DNA of 64,000 bases, taken from Lytechinus pictus (Eukaryota). Positions 60,426 through 64,000 of the stretch are shown here, in pieces (position 1 is the stretch's first letter; each line of letters opens with the position of its first letter). A model generated the notes under the pieces. It searched no databases. It saw only the letters and a program-made list of their open reading frames with translations, and was not told the origin of the DNA. The stretch spans positions 372,001 through 436,000 of the forward strand of contig NC_087251.1 in the NCBI RefSeq assembly GCF_037042905.1, read 5' to 3'. The position numbers and the translations under genes are program-made.

Positions 60426-61590
60426 CAGTGCGTCCCACAAAACACGAAACCGAGATTTATCATAACTTAATCACAAATACAATAGACAAATTACCTACCA
60501 TTGTAAAGCTTAGAATCTCCTCTTTCATCTTAAATTACTTAGATTATTTCTCATTCACGCATGAGTGAGCAATAACAATTTGAAGAGGGGATACCAAAAA
60601 GTCATTTGGCGGGCTGTACCTGGGTTTCAAAAAGAAAACCACAATTTTAAAAAGTTCAATATCTGCTCTTTAATTTGATACCTCAATTACAGAAAATGGT
60701 CAAGAAATAACAAAGTTATGGTTATTTGAAATGAGGCTAATTTCAATAATTTCATAAAATTAAGGGGTTCTACAGGCTAGCGTTCAAACTCACTTGACAC
60801 TCCGTTTTGTTGACGATCAGCCATGCATCAAGTCTTTTGTTAACCATGCGATAGCTTCTGTGGGAAACCGGTGAAAACACGTTTATTTAATGAAATTATG
60901 GAAATACAAGCATTGTTTCGAGGGAACATAACTTTTTACTTCTTGACCATTTTTTGTGATTAAAGAGAAATTCCAGTAGTTGCAGTAAACACTGATTTCA
61001 TGAGAAAGTCTGTAAAACCAGGCTTAATTGTCAGTATATCATCGAGGATCTAGATCTGGTACAGTTACATAAACTGAACTTTGTGAAATCTTGAAATCTA
61101 CGCTGAAAAATGTTCAGACTGAACTTCCCCAACACAGATAAGCGCACGTGGGACTGTGTATAATTATTGCTTTGAGCGTCGGGCCTGACGCTCTACCCGA
61201 ATCCTGTGCTTATTTGCTGATTTCTCAGCAATTACACAATTTCTTCCAGAATCCTTTGGCACATGCGTTTTATTTATGCAAACAGACACTTTGGTGGTCA
61301 TTTCATTGGATTCTGTACGAACTCATTTTGGTATCGTTACCAAAACTAGCATTTACCTTAGGTATCAAATAAAAGAGCAGATATTGAACTTTTTAGGCAT
61401 GTGATTTTCTTTTTGAAATTCAGGTACCCCCGCCTAATGAGTTTTTGGTATCCTTTCTTCAAATTTTTGCTCACTCATGCGTGAATGGGGAATAATCTAA
61501 GTAATATCAGATGGAAGAGGAGATTCTAAGCTTTACAATGGTAGGTAAATCATCGCTAAATCTCGGTTTTGTTTTTTCTGGGACGCACTG
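60426..61590. mobile_element. Tc1/mariner-like MITE, same family as 23917-24731
   Basis: TA|CAGTGCGTCCCA...TGGGACGCACTG|TA, with a nested insertion. Confidence 0.85.
60964..61358. mobile_element. Kolobok-like MITE nested in the Tc1-like MITE
   Basis: Inserted at the TTAA of GTGATTAAGGTATC, which is uninterrupted in the sister copy near 24460. Confidence 0.78.
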
Positions 61591-61784
61591 TATAACACCC
61601 AAAAACCTGTCTGGTAGGGTTAACATGCAACATTCATTCCATCACACAAGTACCATCCCAAATTTACCATTGCATGATTAGAGGACCTCACAATCCGATT
61701 CAATTCATCACACTAGCTAGATGCAATACACATTTGCCTATCTGCTATTAGTACACTGAATAGCATCTTATCTCCAACATCCAA

Positions 61785-62670
61785 AGCCAGGGTCACACCA
61801 GACCCAAATCAGCTGCAAATTCATTTGAATACATGTATTCGGGAGGATTCTGGTCTCCCTTCCCGAATACAAGAAAATTCTGGAGGAATTCAGGAACATT
61901 TGTGGAGGGATTTAGCTTGTTTCGAAATGTTTAAAGCTAGCCAAATACCCTCCAAAATACTCCCGAATGTGGACACAACAAATTTCATTTAGACCACGTT
62001 GGAGATGTATTCGGATTGAATTCGGTTGGATTATGGGAGGCATTTGGGCTATTCTGGGCAGAATCGGACCTATTTGTATTTGTGAAATAACGGTCCAAAT
62101 CATTTAGCCAAATAGACCCGAATATCATGAAAAGAGCAGAATATGCCCAGAATGCCCTGAATATCTCCCCAAATCCATACGAATCGTCTCCTTAATACAG
62201 AGCAGAATACAGGCAAGAGAGCCATATAGGCCAGGATACGGCAGAATAGCAGCCAAACGGGTCGATTTCGGCCCAATTCAGTTGATTCTGGTGGAATTTT
62301 CGGGAAATTCAGTGGCGTACTCGACGCATTCGGCAAATTTGTTCTGATTCGGGTCGACATTTGGGTAATCTTTTGGTTATAAATGGAACATTCAGGCCAC
62401 ATGTGGCTTGATTCTTGCCATCTTTGGCTTGATTCTTGCCCACTAATTGGGTTGGCATACCACTTTATTCAGGATGGCCAATATTGATTCATGTCACTTG
62501 GCAATTCTGCTCAGATTCGGGACCTATCATGGACCTATTCATCTCTGATTCGGGGAACTCACTAAATCAGTGACTAATAGGTTTCGAATCCACTGAATCC
62601 ATCAGGCCATATTCGGGCCGAAACAATCAACATTTATTTGGGAGAATTCAATTTTAGTGATACCCTGGCT
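61785..62670. mobile_element. Harbinger-like TIR element rich in CGAAT/ATTCG motifs
   Basis: AGCCAGGGTCACAC / GTGATACCCTGGCT termini. Confidence 0.6.
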
Positions 62671-62864
62671 TTATCTTGCCAAGTTGACTTCTAAAAAGTT
62701 TCATGTCGACATGGCGAGATATAATATCTTGCCATGTGCACATGGTGAGATACATGGTGGGCATATCTTAGCATGTTTATATACAACTTTATAAGTCGGC
62801 TCCTAAGGACCATTGAACTTTGACTGCATTAAATTTTTTTATCACAAGTAAACAAATTGTTTAA

Positions 62865-63452
62865 AGGACAAGTCCACCCCAACAAAAAGTTGATTTGAAA
62901 AGAAAGAGAAAAATCCAACAAGCATAACACCGAACATTTCATCAAAATCGGATACAACATAAGAAAGTTATGACATTTTAAAGTTTTGCTTAATTGCACA
63001 TCCTGGTCGATATGCAAATGAGGAGACTGGTGACGTCATCCACTCCCTATTTCTTTTGTATTTTATTATACGAAATATGAAATATTTTAATTTTCCCCTC
63101 ATTGTCAAGTGAAACAACAATTAATTCCTCCCTGAACATGTGGAATTAGCATTGTTTAATACTATAATGGTTCAGTCAAGTTGGTCCTTATTGTCAAATG
63201 TGTAAAACAATGAAATATTGTATTATTCAAACAATAAAAAACAAAAGAAATAGTGAGTGAGGGATATCATCGACTGACTCATTTACATGTCACTGAGTTG
63301 TGCATATCACTGTTTTGTGAAAAATAAGGGAAACTTTAAAATGCCATAACTTTCTTATTCTATATCCGATTTTGATGAAATTTTCAGCGTTCTGCTAGTG
63401 TGATTTTTCTCTATTTATTCAAATCAACATTTTTTTGGGGTGGACTTAACCT
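62865..63452. mobile_element. Kolobok-like MITE (AGGACAAGTCCACCCC family)
   Basis: TTAA|AGGACAAGTCCACCCC...GGGGTGGACTTAACCT|GTAA with inverted arms. Confidence 0.78.
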
Positions 63453-63619
63453 GTAACATGGTTATTTTATACTCAATAAAGAAACTTAATTGGATATGAA
63501 TATATATATTGTATTCCTCTCCTTTCAATTGAGTTTGGATGTGAGAAGAGTGATGACTTAACATAAAACGGAATGGGAATGGAAGAAGAGTGATAGGGTA
63601 ACAGAGGGATGGGTAGAGG

Positions 63620-64000
63620 CCCGGGGGGGGGGGGCCACTTGCATTGACGAGTGGATACCATGGGCGACCAAAAAAAAACACGTAAAAAGGATGTCTTTTC
63701 AAGATAGGGCACGTACGTAACGTAATAAGGGTGTCAAAAACACTAAAATAATTAAAACCAGGTATCACTATACGTGTTTAGAGTCCGATTTGCGGGAGGT
63801 GTGGGAGGTAGGGCTGTACTAAACCCAATGATGTAGGTAAAGGTGAAACCGATGTCCCCGACAGAAAACAAAATATCGCTGTATTTGTTTAGAGGTTCAA
63901 TTCAAAGAATACTTGCCAAGGATATCGTTTTGCTTCCAATACTTAGGATTTCACATGCCAATACTTGTTAAGGGGTGCATTTTCAGAAAATGGAAAATAC
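63620..64000. mobile_element. Second copy of the CCCGGGGG/8-bp-TSD element, running off the window
   Basis: Homologous to 3947-4445 and 5237-5296. Confidence 0.8.

Larger units (their letters stand above)
54652..61619. mobile_element. piggyBac-like MITE (related to 4450-5232) split by nested insertions
   Basis: TTTA|CCCT at the left; 54690-55528 is homologous to 4480-5162; candidate right end TCTGGTAGGG|TTAA. Confidence 0.55.

Overview
AT-rich animal genomic DNA; the repeat content suggests an invertebrate deuterostome such as a sea urchin (inference). The one clear host gene is a + strand AP-4 sigma subunit (AP4S1-like, 142 aa). Its five coding exons are 22105-22242, 37849-37935, 48030-48098, a 12-nt microexon at 50049-50060 and 53654-53776, and the last intron is a U12-type GT-AG intron. 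Almost everything else is densely nested mobile DNA. An 18.5-kb Transib relic (3118-21610) has symmetric RSS-like ends (CACAGTG-22 bp-nonamer) and a fragment of RAG1-core-like transposase. There is a CR1-group LINE with an intact ORF2 (55901-59158, minus) inside a decayed Tc1/mariner element, and a second, decayed full-length LINE (~38885-45560). The rest includes Helentron/DINE-1-type elements, Kolobok-like (TTAA/AGG) and piggyBac-like (TTAA/CCC) MITEs, Tc1-like, Harbinger-like, P-like and Sola2-like non-autonomous elements, and several TA...TA-ended elements with 9-bp TSDs. Most short ORFs in the track are spurious. No prokaryotic-type system or CRISPR array is present.
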